Source of the DNA: Flavobacteriales bacterium DA487
GTDB lineage: Bacteria; Bacteroidota; Bacteroidia; Flavobacteriales_D; Sanyastnellaceae
Assembly (NCBI GenBank): GCA_049334165.1
Contig: JBEGHD010000001.1
Direction: 5' to 3' (one strand)
DNA length: 64,000 nucleotides
The translations under genes and the position numbers were made by a program. How positions within the stretch are numbered: the stretch's first letter is position 1; every line of letters begins with the position of its first letter. The notes below the pieces were generated by a model that searched no databases, had not been told where the DNA came from, and saw only the letters and a list, made by a program, of their open reading frames with translations. Below are positions 37,743-47,649 of the stretch, piece after piece.

Positions 37743-39338
37743 TTGCAAGCTATGGCAGAAAAGAAACCGATTATCATTGGCTCGCGCGGAAGCGACCTCG
37801 CTTTGTGGCAAGCTAACTTTGTGAAAGATCGCCTCACCGAGCTGGGTGAAAAAGCAGAAATCAAGATCATCAAAACGCAAGGCGATAAGATTCAGCACCT
37901 TAGTTTTGACAAGATGGAAGGCAAGGGATTTTTCACCAAAGAAATTGAAGCCGAGCTGCTCGATGGTACTATCGATCTGGCAGTGCACTCCCACAAAGAT
38001 CTGGAAACGACCAACCCCGAAGGTCTCACCATCGCTGCCGTGAGTAGCAGAGCCAATCCGGCCGACTTGCTGCTTATCAACCCAGACGCGGTGAAAGACA
38101 AACTGAAATTTCATCTCAAGTCCAACCCAGTGGTGGGAACTTCCTCTGCCAGACGCAAAGCCCAGTTGCTGTTTTTCCGCCCGGATGCGAAGATCAAAGA
38201 CCTTCGCGGGAACGTTCCTACTCGCATTCAAAAACTCAAGGACGGTCAGTATGATGCCATCCTGATTGCAAAAGCCGGAATCGACCGACTGAACATCGAC
38301 CTAAGCGATCTGCACGTTTTTGAGATGGATCCCACAGTTTTCATTCCGGCTCCGGCCCAGGGCGTTTTGGGACTGCAAGTTCGGGAGGGCGATAAAGACC
38401 TCATTGAAACGCTCAAATCGCTTAATGATGAAGAAGTAGCTGAGAGAATTGCCGTAGAAAGAAATGTTCTCAAATTGATGAAAGGCGGCTGCCAAATGCC
38501 ACTTGGTGTGTACTGCGTAAAAACAGATGACGAATACTTTGTTTATTCCGCTCTGGCCGATGCCTGGGATGCTCCCTTGAGGCGCGACTATGTGGAGACC
38601 AACACCCTCGCAGGAGTGGCTGAGGGAATCGCCAAAAGGCTTCAGCTCAAAGAACACAAAAGAACAGTTTTCATCTCTCGCGGTTTGCCCGAAAACTCAG
38701 ACATCAAAAGACTGCTGAGCAATATGGGAGTGAAATTGATCGACACTACGCTGATTCAGTCCGAGGCGCTTTCGTTTAGCTACGACAACGACCCCGACTG
38801 GATTTTCTTCTCTTCGAGAAATGCCGTCCACTACTTTTTCGGTCAGCACAAACCTTCTTCAAAATCGAAAATGGCAGCGCTCGGAAAGGGTACTGCCGAT
38901 GAACTGTCGCGCTACGCTAAAGTCGACTTCGCTGGCTCAGGTGCCGATACCAAAGCCATTGCAGAAAGCTTCAAAGCCAAAGTTGGCAAAGGCACCGTGA
39001 TGTTTCCGCAGTCGAAGCAGAGCTTGCGCTCAATCCAAAGCGTTTTCCCCGAAGAGCAGGTAGAAAATGTGGTCTGCTACGAAACGCTGGCTGACCCCAA
39101 ACCGATTCATGCGGATGTACTTTTCTTCACGAGTCCGAGCAACACCAGCGCCTACCTGATGATGAACGACATCGAACCTCATCAACTAGTGGTGGGGATG
39201 GGTGCTTCCACTTCGAACTTTATGAAAGAGCGAGGCCACACGGTGGTTGCCACTCCGAGAAACTACTCGGACCTGGCCATTTTGGATGCCATCCTTTATG
39301 CGCTGAGCCTCGAGGAACCAGTGAGTGAAGATGCCTGA
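37743..39338 (+). CDS. hemC: bifunctional hydroxymethylbilane synthase / uroporphyrinogen-III synthase (HemC-HemD fusion)
   Basis: N-terminal about 300 aa HemC-like (…IIGSRGSDLALWQAN…MPLGVYC…), C-terminal about 230 aa HemD-like. Confidence 0.85.
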   Translation: MQAMAEKKPIIIGSRGSDLALWQANFVKDRLTELGEKAEIKIIKTQGDKIQHLSFDKMEGKGFFTKEIEAELLDGTIDLAVHSHKDLETTNPEGLTIAAVSSRANPADLLLINPDAVKDKLKFHLKSNPVVGTSSARRKAQLLFFRPDAKIKDLRGNVPTRIQKLKDGQYDAILIAKAGIDRLNIDLSDLHVFEMDPTVFIPAPAQGVLGLQVREGDKDLIETLKSLNDEEVAERIAVERNVLKLMKGGCQMPLGVYCVKTDDEYFVYSALADAWDAPLRRDYVETNTLAGVAEGIAKRLQLKEHKRTVFISRGLPENSDIKRLLSNMGVKLIDTTLIQSEALSFSYDNDPDWIFFSSRNAVHYFFGQHKPSSKSKMAALGKGTADELSRYAKVDFAGSGADTKAIAESFKAKVGKGTVMFPQSKQSLRSIQSVFPEEQVENVVCYETLADPKPIHADVLFFTSPSNTSAYLMMNDIEPHQLVVGMGASTSNFMKERGHTVVATPRNYSDLAILDAILYALSLEEPVSEDA

Positions 39339-39936
39339 GAAACTTCCCAGATCATTTTATCAAAGAGAGGATGTGGTGCAGATTGCCAGAGATTTGCTGG
39401 GCAAACAGCTGGTAACTGAAATAGGAGGAGTCAGGACCTCAGCAAAAATCGTGGAGACGGAGGCCTACAAAGGTTCCACCGATCGCGCTTGCCACGCTTT
39501 TAACTACCGAAAGACCAAACGAACAGCAGTGATGTTTGAACCAGGAGGAGTTGCCTACGTCTACCTGTGCTACGGAATACACCACCTTTTCAATATCATC
39601 ACCAATATTGAAGGTGAGCCCGATGCGGTTTTGATTCGCGCAGCCGAACCTCTCGAAGGAATTGAAGAAATGCTTGCGCGGAGAGAGATGACAGAACTCA
39701 AAGCGAGACTTACAGCCGGACCCGGAAGTTTGTCCAAAGCTCTCGGCATTCGAAAAGAACAAACAGGTGTTGATCTGACCGATGACCAGATTTGGCTGGA
39801 AGATTACGGTGAAACTATTAGCTCAGAATTGATCATCGCTTCCCCTCGAGTGGGAATCGACTATGCCGGAGAAGACGCCAAACTTCCCTGGCGATTCAGG
39901 GTGAAAGAAAACAAGTGGGTGAGTCCAGCGAAGTAA
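39325..39936 (+). CDS. mpg: DNA-3-methyladenine glycosylase (MPG/AAG family)
   Basis: …IVETEAYKGSTDRACHAF…GGVAYVYLCYGIHHLFNI… typical of the family. Confidence 0.85.
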   Translation: MKMPEKLPRSFYQREDVVQIARDLLGKQLVTEIGGVRTSAKIVETEAYKGSTDRACHAFNYRKTKRTAVMFEPGGVAYVYLCYGIHHLFNIITNIEGEPDAVLIRAAEPLEGIEEMLARREMTELKARLTAGPGSLSKALGIRKEQTGVDLTDDQIWLEDYGETISSELIIASPRVGIDYAGEDAKLPWRFRVKENKWVSPAK

Positions 39937-39937
39937 T

Positions 39938-40726
39938 TTATCGCGCTTTCAACTCTTTTACATCGTTGTGAATTTCGTTGACCATTGAGGTCAGCTTACC
40001 GAGACCGTCAAAAGAAGCAAAGCCTTCGGGCAATGAAAAAGTGACGTAGCCCAGCGCTTTCCAGATTTCCGTCACCTGATCTACCGGCACATCGAAAGGA
40101 TCGTATTCCGGGTTGTCGGATTTCAAAACAAAGCGATTGTTCTCCTGAACTTCGTTGACTACTCGCTTATAAACCACGCCTTCATCCAAAGTGACAAACA
40201 CACAGCACTGACCGTCTTTCACAGTTTTCCAATCGTCTACAAACTGGCAGATCACGTAACTTCCAGAAGGAACCGGAAGCATGCTGTCACCTTCAGTTTG
40301 GAAGATTCTGTAGGTGCGATCCTGGGTCATTTCCGGGAAAGGCATCTCAAATTGTGGCAGCTGCTCGATGAACTCCATGTCACCGTAGTTGCTCAGATAA
40401 CCGGCCGAGGCGCGTTGCGGTACAAGTGGAATCAACTCCTTGCCCTCAGAGCGATCGATGCTCACCGGGAGAATTCTCAAGTTGTCTTTGATGTTGAGAT
40501 CGTAGGTTCCGGCTTTGGCGGTTTCGAGTCTTTTGCTGAGAAGGTCATCGAGACTGACTTTAAAAAAGTGCGCCATCGAGATGAGCGTTTTGAGCTTGGG
40601 CTCTGCTCTGCCCTCTTCGTAGGCGCCAATTACGGAGCGGTTCACTCCGAGTTTATTGGCTAAATCGGTTTGGGTGAGATCTTTCTGCTTTCGCAAAAAT
40701 TTGAGGTTTGCCGGCAACGTGGTCAT
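39938..40726 (-). CDS. XRE-family HTH regulator fused to an S24 (LexA/CI-like) autopeptidase domain
   Basis: N-terminal HTH (LTQTDLANKLGVNRSVIGAYE); C-terminal GDSM serine and a downstream lysine. Confidence 0.8.
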   Translation of the reverse strand: MTTLPANLKFLRKQKDLTQTDLANKLGVNRSVIGAYEEGRAEPKLKTLISMAHFFKVSLDDLLSKRLETAKAGTYDLNIKDNLRILPVSIDRSEGKELIPLVPQRASAGYLSNYGDMEFIEQLPQFEMPFPEMTQDRTYRIFQTEGDSMLPVPSGSYVICQFVDDWKTVKDGQCCVFVTLDEGVVYKRVVNEVQENNRFVLKSDNPEYDPFDVPVDQVTEIWKALGYVTFSLPEGFASFDGLGKLTSMVNEIHNDVKELKAR

Positions 40727-40789
40727 TTTGATCGATTTATGAGCATGCCAGCGAAGTTAGCAAAAATTAAAAATCAAGTTGAACTGATT

Positions 40790-40999
40790 CTAAGCCTTTT
40801 TCAAGAACTGAGTCTTCAAAACTACCTGGCTCTTACCGACTTTGCACTCCACCTCATCGGGGCTTCCAGTAAGTCTAATATTTTTAATCACGTTGCCGCG
40901 TTTCAAGGTTTTCGACATGCCTTTCACCTTGAGGTCTTTTACTACGTGAACGGAATCCCCGTCTTCGAGGATGTTGCCGTTACTGTCTTTTGTTTCCAT
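40790..40999 (-). CDS. PhnA/YjdM-like small protein (C-terminal PhnA domain)
   Basis: …DGDSVHVVKDLKVKG…LKRGNVIKNIRL…ECKV…VVLKTQFLKKA matches the PhnA C-domain pattern. Confidence 0.7.
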   Translation of the reverse strand: METKDSNGNILEDGDSVHVVKDLKVKGMSKTLKRGNVIKNIRLTGSPDEVECKVGKSQVVLKTQFLKKA

Positions 41000-41020
41000 T
41001 GACGGTTATAATAATGGACA

Positions 41021-41674
41021 TTAGATCTTCATCTCCGGCACCTCATCGGGCACAACCAAATCGCCTTCTGTCGCAGCTTTAATTTCTTCTACCGTAACGC
41101 CAGGAGCGCGCTCTAGTAAATGAAACTTTTCGTCTTTGATTTCGAGCGTGGCCATGTTCGTCACAATCTTGGTCACACACTTCACTCCAGTGAGGGGAAG
41201 CGTGCATTCGCGAAGTAACTTCGATTTTCCGGCTTTATTGGTGTGCATCATGGCAACGATGATGTTTTGAGCCGATGCCACGAGATCCATCGCTCCACCC
41301 ATACCTTTCACCATTTTACCTGGAATCTTCCAGTTGGCGATGTTTCCATTTTGGGCCACTTCCATAGCACCGAGAACAGTGAGCTGAACGTGCTGCCCAC
41401 GAATCATCCCAAAGCTTGTAGCTGAATCGAAGTATACAGCTCCAGGGCGAGCAGTGATGGTTTGCTTTCCGGCATTGATCAAGTCTGGATCTACCTCATC
41501 CTCGGTTGGGAAACGACCCATTCCGAGAATTCCGTTTTCCGATTGAAACTCAACATCGATGTGATCGGGAATGTAGTTGGCCACCATGGTGGGAATTCCG
41601 ATTCCCAAATTCACGTACCAACCGTCCTGAAGTTCCTGAGCGATGCGTTTTGCAATTCCGTGTTTATCTAGCAT
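41021..41674 (-). CDS. scoB: 3-oxoacid CoA-transferase subunit B
   Basis: 217 aa; …NLGIGIPT…ENG… glutamate-CoA-transferase motif. Confidence 0.9.
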   Translation of the reverse strand: MLDKHGIAKRIAQELQDGWYVNLGIGIPTMVANYIPDHIDVEFQSENGILGMGRFPTEDEVDPDLINAGKQTITARPGAVYFDSATSFGMIRGQHVQLTVLGAMEVAQNGNIANWKIPGKMVKGMGGAMDLVASAQNIIVAMMHTNKAGKSKLLRECTLPLTGVKCVTKIVTNMATLEIKDEKFHLLERAPGVTVEEIKAATEGDLVVPDEVPEMKI

Positions 41675-41685
41675 GATGTTTTTCT

Positions 41686-42390
41686 TTAAGATTCGCGAAC
41701 GGTACGCTGTTCGATGCGTTTTTCGTAGTTCACTCCCTGGAAGATGCGCTGAACAAAAATCCCCGGAGTGTGAATTTCGTTGGGGTCGAGCTCACCTGCA
41801 GGAACGAGTTCTTCAACTTCTGCCACAGTGATTTTTCCGGCCATGGCCATCAGTGGGTTGAAGTTGCGAGCTGTCGCTTTGAAAATCAGGTTTCCGGCCG
41901 TGTCTCCTTTCCAGGCTTTCACCAGAGCAAAATCCGCGGTAAGGGCCGACTCCAAAATGTGCGGCTTTCCGTCAAATTCACGGACTTCCTTGTTTCCCTG
42001 AACTTCGGTTCCGTATCCAGCTGGAGTAAAGAAAGCGGGAATGCCAACACCTCCGGCACGGCATCTCTCAGCCAGCGACCCCTGAGGAATGAGATCCACC
42101 TCGAGCTCACCGCTGAGCATCTGGCGCTCGAATTCATCGTTTTCTCCCACATAGGAAGAAATCATTTTCTTGACTTGCTTTTTCTTGAGAAGGAGTCCGA
42201 GTCCGAAATCGTCAACTCCGGCATTGTTGGAAATGCAGGTGACATCCTGGACGTTGAGCCTCACCAATTCCGAAATGCAGTTTTCGGGAATTCCGCAAAG
42301 TCCAAAGCCTCCGAGCATGAGTGTCATGCCGTCTTTCACACCCTCGCATCCTTCGCGAGCGTCTTTAACTACTTTATTGATAACAGCCAT
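41686..42390 (-). CDS. scoA: 3-oxoacid CoA-transferase subunit A
   Basis: 234 aa; …[14 protein letters not shown]…. Confidence 0.9.
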   Translation of the reverse strand: MAVINKVVKDAREGCEGVKDGMTLMLGGFGLCGIPENCISELVRLNVQDVTCISNNAGVDDFGLGLLLKKKQVKKMISSYVGENDEFERQMLSGELEVDLIPQGSLAERCRAGGVGIPAFFTPAGYGTEVQGNKEVREFDGKPHILESALTADFALVKAWKGDTAGNLIFKATARNFNPLMAMAGKITVAEVEELVPAGELDPNEIHTPGIFVQRIFQGVNYEKRIEQRTVRES

Positions 42391-42497
42391 TTCTTCGCTT
42401 TTTTAGGGATCGCCAAATTAGAAATTTTGACGGGACTGGAGAAATGAACCTTCAGGAAAGCAGGACGCACTAAATCGATTAGGTTCTGTTTGAAAAA

Positions 42498-44942
42498 TTA
42501 ATCAAACAATTCACCATCGTCATCACCATTGAAGTTGTTGAAGCGCTTTACATAATCAGAGCAATTCAGATTGATGCCAATGTCAACATCGGGTTCTGTA
42601 AAATCCTCTTTGGAAATGCTCAGCGAGTCGTCTGCGTAGACATCCTGCATGTAGTAGCCGTAGATCGGCAGACCGGTATTAGCTCCCTGTCCGTAGTAAG
42701 TTCGTGAGAAACGAACGGTAGGATCCTGAGCTCCCACCCACACTCCGGTTACCAAATCGGGAGTGAGACCCATAAACCAACCATCGGTGTTATTTTGGGT
42801 TGTTCCGGTTTTTCCGGCCATTGGTGCCTTAATGTTGTCGTACTTTCTGCTGGCCACGTCCATTCTCAGGCGAACTCCAGTACCCATCGTTTCATCCTTT
42901 TCACGGTTGTAGGCACCATCCACCACTCCTTTCATCATTTCTAATGTGATGTAAGCCGAGCGTTCATCCAGCGCCTCTCGCGTCTCTGGCGAAGCTTCAA
43001 AAATCATGTTTCCGTTTTTGTCTTCGATGCGAGTGATCAAAATCGGCTCGATGTAAACTCCCTTGTTCACCAGTGCTGAGTAAGCAGCCACCATTTCGTA
43101 GAGCTTCACCTCGGCAACTCCAAGGGCGATAGATGGCACTGCAGGCAACGGACTCTCGATTCCCATATCGCGCGCCAGCCTGATCACCGGTTCGGGACCG
43201 TATTTTTTGATGAGCATGGCCGTGATCGTGTTGATCGAATTGGCAAGTGCATACTCGAGCGTCACCATTTCTCCGTATTCAAAATCGGAGTTGTCGGGAC
43301 ACCACTGCGGCTGCCCGTCTGGCATGTCGATGCAGATTTTCTGATTGGGATACTCCGTGCAAGGATGTTCTCCAAAACGAATTGCCGTAGCATAAACAAA
43401 TGGCTTGAAGGTAGATCCCACCTGTCTGCGCGACTGGTAAACGTTATCGAACTTGTAATGCTTAAAGTCAACCCCACCTACCCAGGCTTTTACAAAACCT
43501 GTTTGTGGATCCATCGACATCAGCCCTGCATGCAAAAATGCTTTGTGATATCGGATCGAATCCAATGGCGACATGGTGGTGTCAATGTCGCCACCGTAGC
43601 TGAAGACTTTCATTTCAGTTGGCTCTTCAAAAACCTGCATCACAGAATCTTCCGGAAGTCTTCTCCAGTAGTGGCCGCAACCGCCTTCATCTTCCATACA
43701 GTGAAACATGTCTTTTCCGTCCTGGATTACCGGCTCAATGTAGTGAGCCGGCCTTTCGCAATCCGGGCAGAGCTTTCCGGTCATCATTTTGTATCTGCGA
43801 CTTTCTTTTACTGCGCTGTTCATGATGCGCTCCATGTCGCGCGGATCGATTCCGTTATAAAAAGGGAAGTTTTTGTCTCTCCGTTTGGTGAGGTCGTGCC
43901 AAAAGTCTTTTTGAAGCTCTCCCGCAATGTGTGTTTCCACAGCATTTTCAGCGTACTGCTGCATTCTGGAGTCGAGTGTGGTGTAGATTTTCAAACCATC
44001 TCCGTATAGGTCATAAGGCTCGCCATCACTATTTGTCATCACGAAGTTTCCATCTTCGTCTTTTTCTTCGAGCATGTTGGTCACGCGCTGCCTCACCACC
44101 TCTCTGAAGTACGGTGCCATTCCTTCATCGTGACTTACTCTCTGGAAATCTAGACCGAGCGGCAACTGACGAAGCGAGTCGTAGGCAGCCTCTTCCAGAA
44201 AGCCGTATTTCACCATCTGGTTCATCACAACTTCTCTGCGGTCGAGCACCATTTGCTCCCTCCTCAAAGGATTAAAAAGGGCTGCGTTCTTTAACATCCC
44301 CACGAGCATGGCACTTTCCTGAATGTTGAGTGAGTCAACCGGTTTGTTGAAATAAATCTCTGCCGCACTTTTAATTCCCACTGCCTGATTGATAAAGTCG
44401 TAGCGATTGAGATAAAGCGCAATAATTTCGTCCTTGGTGTAACGCTTCTCAAGACGGGCCGCGATGATCCACTCCTGTAGTTTCTGCCAAACCCGTTCTT
44501 TAAAGTTCTTGGTATAATCTCCTGTAAAAAGCATCTTGGCCAACTGCTGGCTGATGGTACTTCCTCCACCTTTGCTTCCCATGTAGGCCACGGCTCGGGC
44601 GGTTCCGATGAAGTCTATTCCCGAATGGTCATAGTAACGCGCATCCTCCGTTGCGATCAAGGCGTTGACAAGATGATCCGGAAGCCGATCAAATTTTACA
44701 TCTGATCTGTTCTCGCGGTAGTAGCGACCGATCACCTTCTTGTCGGTGGTGTAAACTTCTGTTGCGAGGTTGGTCTTGGGATTTGCGAGCTCTGCCGTTT
44801 TAGGTAGGTCGCTATTGCTGGCGGCAAAAAGCAGGAGTCCAAATCCCACGATGGGAAGCAAGATGATGATCCAAAAAAGGATCACCAGTCTTTTATAATT
44901 AGACTTCTTCTCTCTTTTATTTCCGGCTTGTTTCTTTGTCAT
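42498..44942 (-). CDS. mrcA: penicillin-binding protein 1A (bifunctional transglycosylase/transpeptidase)
   Basis: 814 aa; N-terminal TM; GT51 motifs (EDARYYDH…); transpeptidase STFK and KTGT motifs. Confidence 0.9.
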   Translation of the reverse strand: MTKKQAGNKREKKSNYKRLVILFWIIILLPIVGFGLLLFAASNSDLPKTAELANPKTNLATEVYTTDKKVIGRYYRENRSDVKFDRLPDHLVNALIATEDARYYDHSGIDFIGTARAVAYMGSKGGGSTISQQLAKMLFTGDYTKNFKERVWQKLQEWIIAARLEKRYTKDEIIALYLNRYDFINQAVGIKSAAEIYFNKPVDSLNIQESAMLVGMLKNAALFNPLRREQMVLDRREVVMNQMVKYGFLEEAAYDSLRQLPLGLDFQRVSHDEGMAPYFREVVRQRVTNMLEEKDEDGNFVMTNSDGEPYDLYGDGLKIYTTLDSRMQQYAENAVETHIAGELQKDFWHDLTKRRDKNFPFYNGIDPRDMERIMNSAVKESRRYKMMTGKLCPDCERPAHYIEPVIQDGKDMFHCMEDEGGCGHYWRRLPEDSVMQVFEEPTEMKVFSYGGDIDTTMSPLDSIRYHKAFLHAGLMSMDPQTGFVKAWVGGVDFKHYKFDNVYQSRRQVGSTFKPFVYATAIRFGEHPCTEYPNQKICIDMPDGQPQWCPDNSDFEYGEMVTLEYALANSINTITAMLIKKYGPEPVIRLARDMGIESPLPAVPSIALGVAEVKLYEMVAAYSALVNKGVYIEPILITRIEDKNGNMIFEASPETREALDERSAYITLEMMKGVVDGAYNREKDETMGTGVRLRMDVASRKYDNIKAPMAGKTGTTQNNTDGWFMGLTPDLVTGVWVGAQDPTVRFSRTYYGQGANTGLPIYGYYMQDVYADDSLSISKEDFTEPDVDIGINLNCSDYVKRFNNFNGDDDGELFD

Positions 44943-45132
44943 AACTTAAAAGGCGAAACGGTGTGATGGAAGATTTATGTTTCTGCAAGTTCTAAACTTT
45001 TGCAAAAGTACGCGGGCTACAGCTACTTTTTTGAATTCGATTGACAAAAAACTTTAATCTTTGCGCTGAAAGGCCGGGGGAGAACTCTCAAGTTACTAAT
45101 TTTGCCGCTCTTCCGAATCAACGAAAGCAAGT

Positions 45133-46440
45133 ATGGAAATCCTTATAAAAGCAGCACAGCTTATTCTCAGTTTATCTATTCTCGTAGTGCTGCACGAATT
45201 TGGTCACTTTTTGCCAGCCAAATGGTTTAAGACGAAAGTCGAAAAATTCTACCTCTTTTTTAATCCAGGATTTTCTCTTTTGAAATTCAAGAAGGGAGAA
45301 ACTGAATACGGTGTGGGATGGCTGCCGCTTGGCGGATATGTGAAAATTGCCGGGATGATTGACGAAAGCATGGACAAGGAGCAGATGAAAAAGCCTGCCC
45401 AGCCTTGGGAGTTTCGTTCAAAACCAGCCTGGCAACGATTGATTATCATGGTTGGTGGAGTGACGGTGAATTTGGTACTAGGGTTTTTGCTATTCGCAAT
45501 GATAATGGGTGTTTGGGGAAGAACTTTCCTGCCGGTTGAAAACACTACTTACGGTGTGCATCCCGACACAGTGATGGAGCAGTACGGTTTTCAGGATGGC
45601 GACCTGCCGATAGAAGCCAACGGAAAGCCAATTGAGTCTGTGAACCAGCTCAACAAGGACCTTTTGCTGGAAGACATTTCGACTGTTACCATCACTCGTG
45701 AGGGTGCCAGAAAAACGCTTGAGATACCAGCAGACTTCGGACAGTTATTGATCGACAGCGGTGTGAAAGTTCCATTTTCCACAAGGATTCCCGCTGTGAT
45801 CGACACCGTTATTCACGGTACACCTGCTTTTGCTGCCGGAATGCAAAAAGGAGATAGTCTGATTGCAGTGAACGATGTCAACAGTCCATTCTTTCAGGAC
45901 CTTGCTTCAGAAATCCGAAATAGCAAAGACCAGGAAATTTCCATTTCATTCTATAGAGACGGAACTCTAAATGAAAAATCAATTGAAGTGACGGAAGAAG
46001 GGACAATTGGCTTTGGACCAAAAAACCCATTTGAGTATAAAACCATCGAATACGGTTTTCTCGAGGCTATCCCCGCGGGATTTGAACTTGCAGGAAATGT
46101 CTTGAGCGACTACGTGGTTTCGCTTAAGTTTCTTTTCTCAGAAGCCGGAGTCAAACAAGTTGGTGGATTTATAGCCATCGGAAACCTCTTCGAAGCCGAG
46201 TGGAACTGGCATTCATTTTGGCACACCACGGCTCTCCTGTCGCTGATTTTGGCGTTTATGAACATATTGCCAATTCCAGCCCTGGATGGAGGTCACGTGC
46301 TGTTTTTACTCTACGAGATCATCACAGGTCGTGCACCGAGCGAGAAGTTCCTGGAGCGTGCTCAGCTCATCGGAATTATCATCCTTTTGGGACTGCTACT
46401 TCTCGCCAACGGAAACGACATTATCAGGGTGTTTTTCTAG
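45133..46440 (+). CDS. rseP: RIP site-2 zinc metalloprotease
   Basis: HEFGH zinc motif in the first TM, PDZ region, and the C-terminal LDGG motif. Confidence 0.9.
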   Translation: MEILIKAAQLILSLSILVVLHEFGHFLPAKWFKTKVEKFYLFFNPGFSLLKFKKGETEYGVGWLPLGGYVKIAGMIDESMDKEQMKKPAQPWEFRSKPAWQRLIIMVGGVTVNLVLGFLLFAMIMGVWGRTFLPVENTTYGVHPDTVMEQYGFQDGDLPIEANGKPIESVNQLNKDLLLEDISTVTITREGARKTLEIPADFGQLLIDSGVKVPFSTRIPAVIDTVIHGTPAFAAGMQKGDSLIAVNDVNSPFFQDLASEIRNSKDQEISISFYRDGTLNEKSIEVTEEGTIGFGPKNPFEYKTIEYGFLEAIPAGFELAGNVLSDYVVSLKFLFSEAGVKQVGGFIAIGNLFEAEWNWHSFWHTTALLSLILAFMNILPIPALDGGHVLFLLYEIITGRAPSEKFLERAQLIGIIILLGLLLLANGNDIIRVFF

Positions 46441-46985
46441 GCGTCAAGCACTTCAGCTGACTGTGTTCTCTTCTTCTTCAAAGCCAGCGCTCCGATGAGC
46501 GTGTAGATGAATCCGACTGGGAATATCTCGAAGAAGGTGTAGAAGATCATCATGTGGGTTTTCTTGTAGCTCTCTCTTTGCTCTTCGAGTGTGGCTTTTA
46601 GCTCCTTGTAATCCGCTTCCGAGAGATCCTGGTTTTCGAGGTTTTCTATTTGCTGCCCAAAGTAGTTGTCTGCAAAATCCGGCATGAAAATCGGTTGGTA
46701 GATCATCCATCCGATGACGTAGACAACGGAGATCACCAGGGTGATGTAAATCCCCGTGAGAAACGCTTTGGAAAATGAGATCTCACCTCCAAGCTCGTGA
46801 TCGCGAACGCGCTTGATTCCAAAAATTACCGACAGCAAGCCGATAAACATTGCGGCAAAACCGATGATTTCTCCGGCACCAAAATTCATGTCTTCCGAAT
46901 TTCCCGAGAGAATTGTCATGATGGCCCAGCCTAGAATCATGGTTCCAGATCCAATAAGTCCGCTGATAAAAATGATCTTTTTCAT
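46437..46985 (-). CDS. DUF4199-like membrane protein
   Basis: 182 aa; 4 predicted TM helices; common Bacteroidetes family architecture. Confidence 0.6.
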   Translation of the reverse strand: MKKIIFISGLIGSGTMILGWAIMTILSGNSEDMNFGAGEIIGFAAMFIGLLSVIFGIKRVRDHELGGEISFSKAFLTGIYITLVISVVYVIGWMIYQPIFMPDFADNYFGQQIENLENQDLSEADYKELKATLEEQRESYKKTHMMIFYTFFEIFPVGFIYTLIGALALKKKRTQSAEVLDA

Positions 46986-47098
46986 TTCTGATTTTGATTT
47001 CGTGATTAATTATAAAGTTTTGGGGCAAACCAACGAAAACCCCGTCAGGAAGCCTTCACCCGTTTGGGTGAATTTAGGTTTTTCACCCGAAAGGGCGA

Positions 47099-47524
47099 TC
47101 AATTCAATTCCAACTGGCGCACTTTCTGAACCGCCTGGGTTCTGCGCTGCACATCGAGTTTTGTGTAAATATTTGAGAGGTGGGTTTTCACTGTGTTTTG
47201 ACTCACGAAAAGCGCTTCGGCAATTTCTTTGTTGGTCATACCGCTGGAGAGCAATTTGAGAACTTCACTTTCTCTTGACGTGAGTTCATAAGTGGAGACC
47301 ACTTGTTCCCAGGAGATAGGATCTGGGTTTTCACGAGTTTTCTTTTTCTGAAAAATCAGCGCTGTGGCGACACCAACAGCTGCGAAAATCACGGCAATCA
47401 CCCCTCCGTAAACCTGGAGCGAAAAATCGCTAACCATGGTGCGATACTCCACAACACGAATCGCCAGCAGAAGGATACCGGCCAAAATGGCTACCACAAG
47501 TATGATCCAGTCCTTTCTTCTCAC
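47099..47524 (-). CDS. membrane-anchored LuxR-family transcriptional regulator (no receiver domain)
   Basis: Two N-terminal TM helices followed by a LuxR HTH (…LTSRESEVLKLLSSGMTNKEIAEALFVSQNTVKTHLSNIYTKL…). Confidence 0.75.
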   Translation of the reverse strand: MRRKDWIILVVAILAGILLLAIRVVEYRTMVSDFSLQVYGGVIAVIFAAVGVATALIFQKKKTRENPDPISWEQVVSTYELTSRESEVLKLLSSGMTNKEIAEALFVSQNTVKTHLSNIYTKLDVQRRTQAVQKVRQLELN

Positions 47525-47649
47525 TGAGCAAATTTAATCATTACCAGCTCTGGACTGTAAAGTGCTATTAACACAATAGCTTGTAAAAGTCTGTCCTTGT
47601 TAACTCACAGCCTCTGCTAAAACTCCTAATTTCGATCAAAATCGTTTTT

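Noticed and set aside
41770-42447. 225-aa ORF antisense to scoA
   Set aside because: Shadow ORF inside a confident CoA-transferase gene.
43365-44009. 214-aa ORF antisense to PBP1A
   Set aside because: Shadow ORF.
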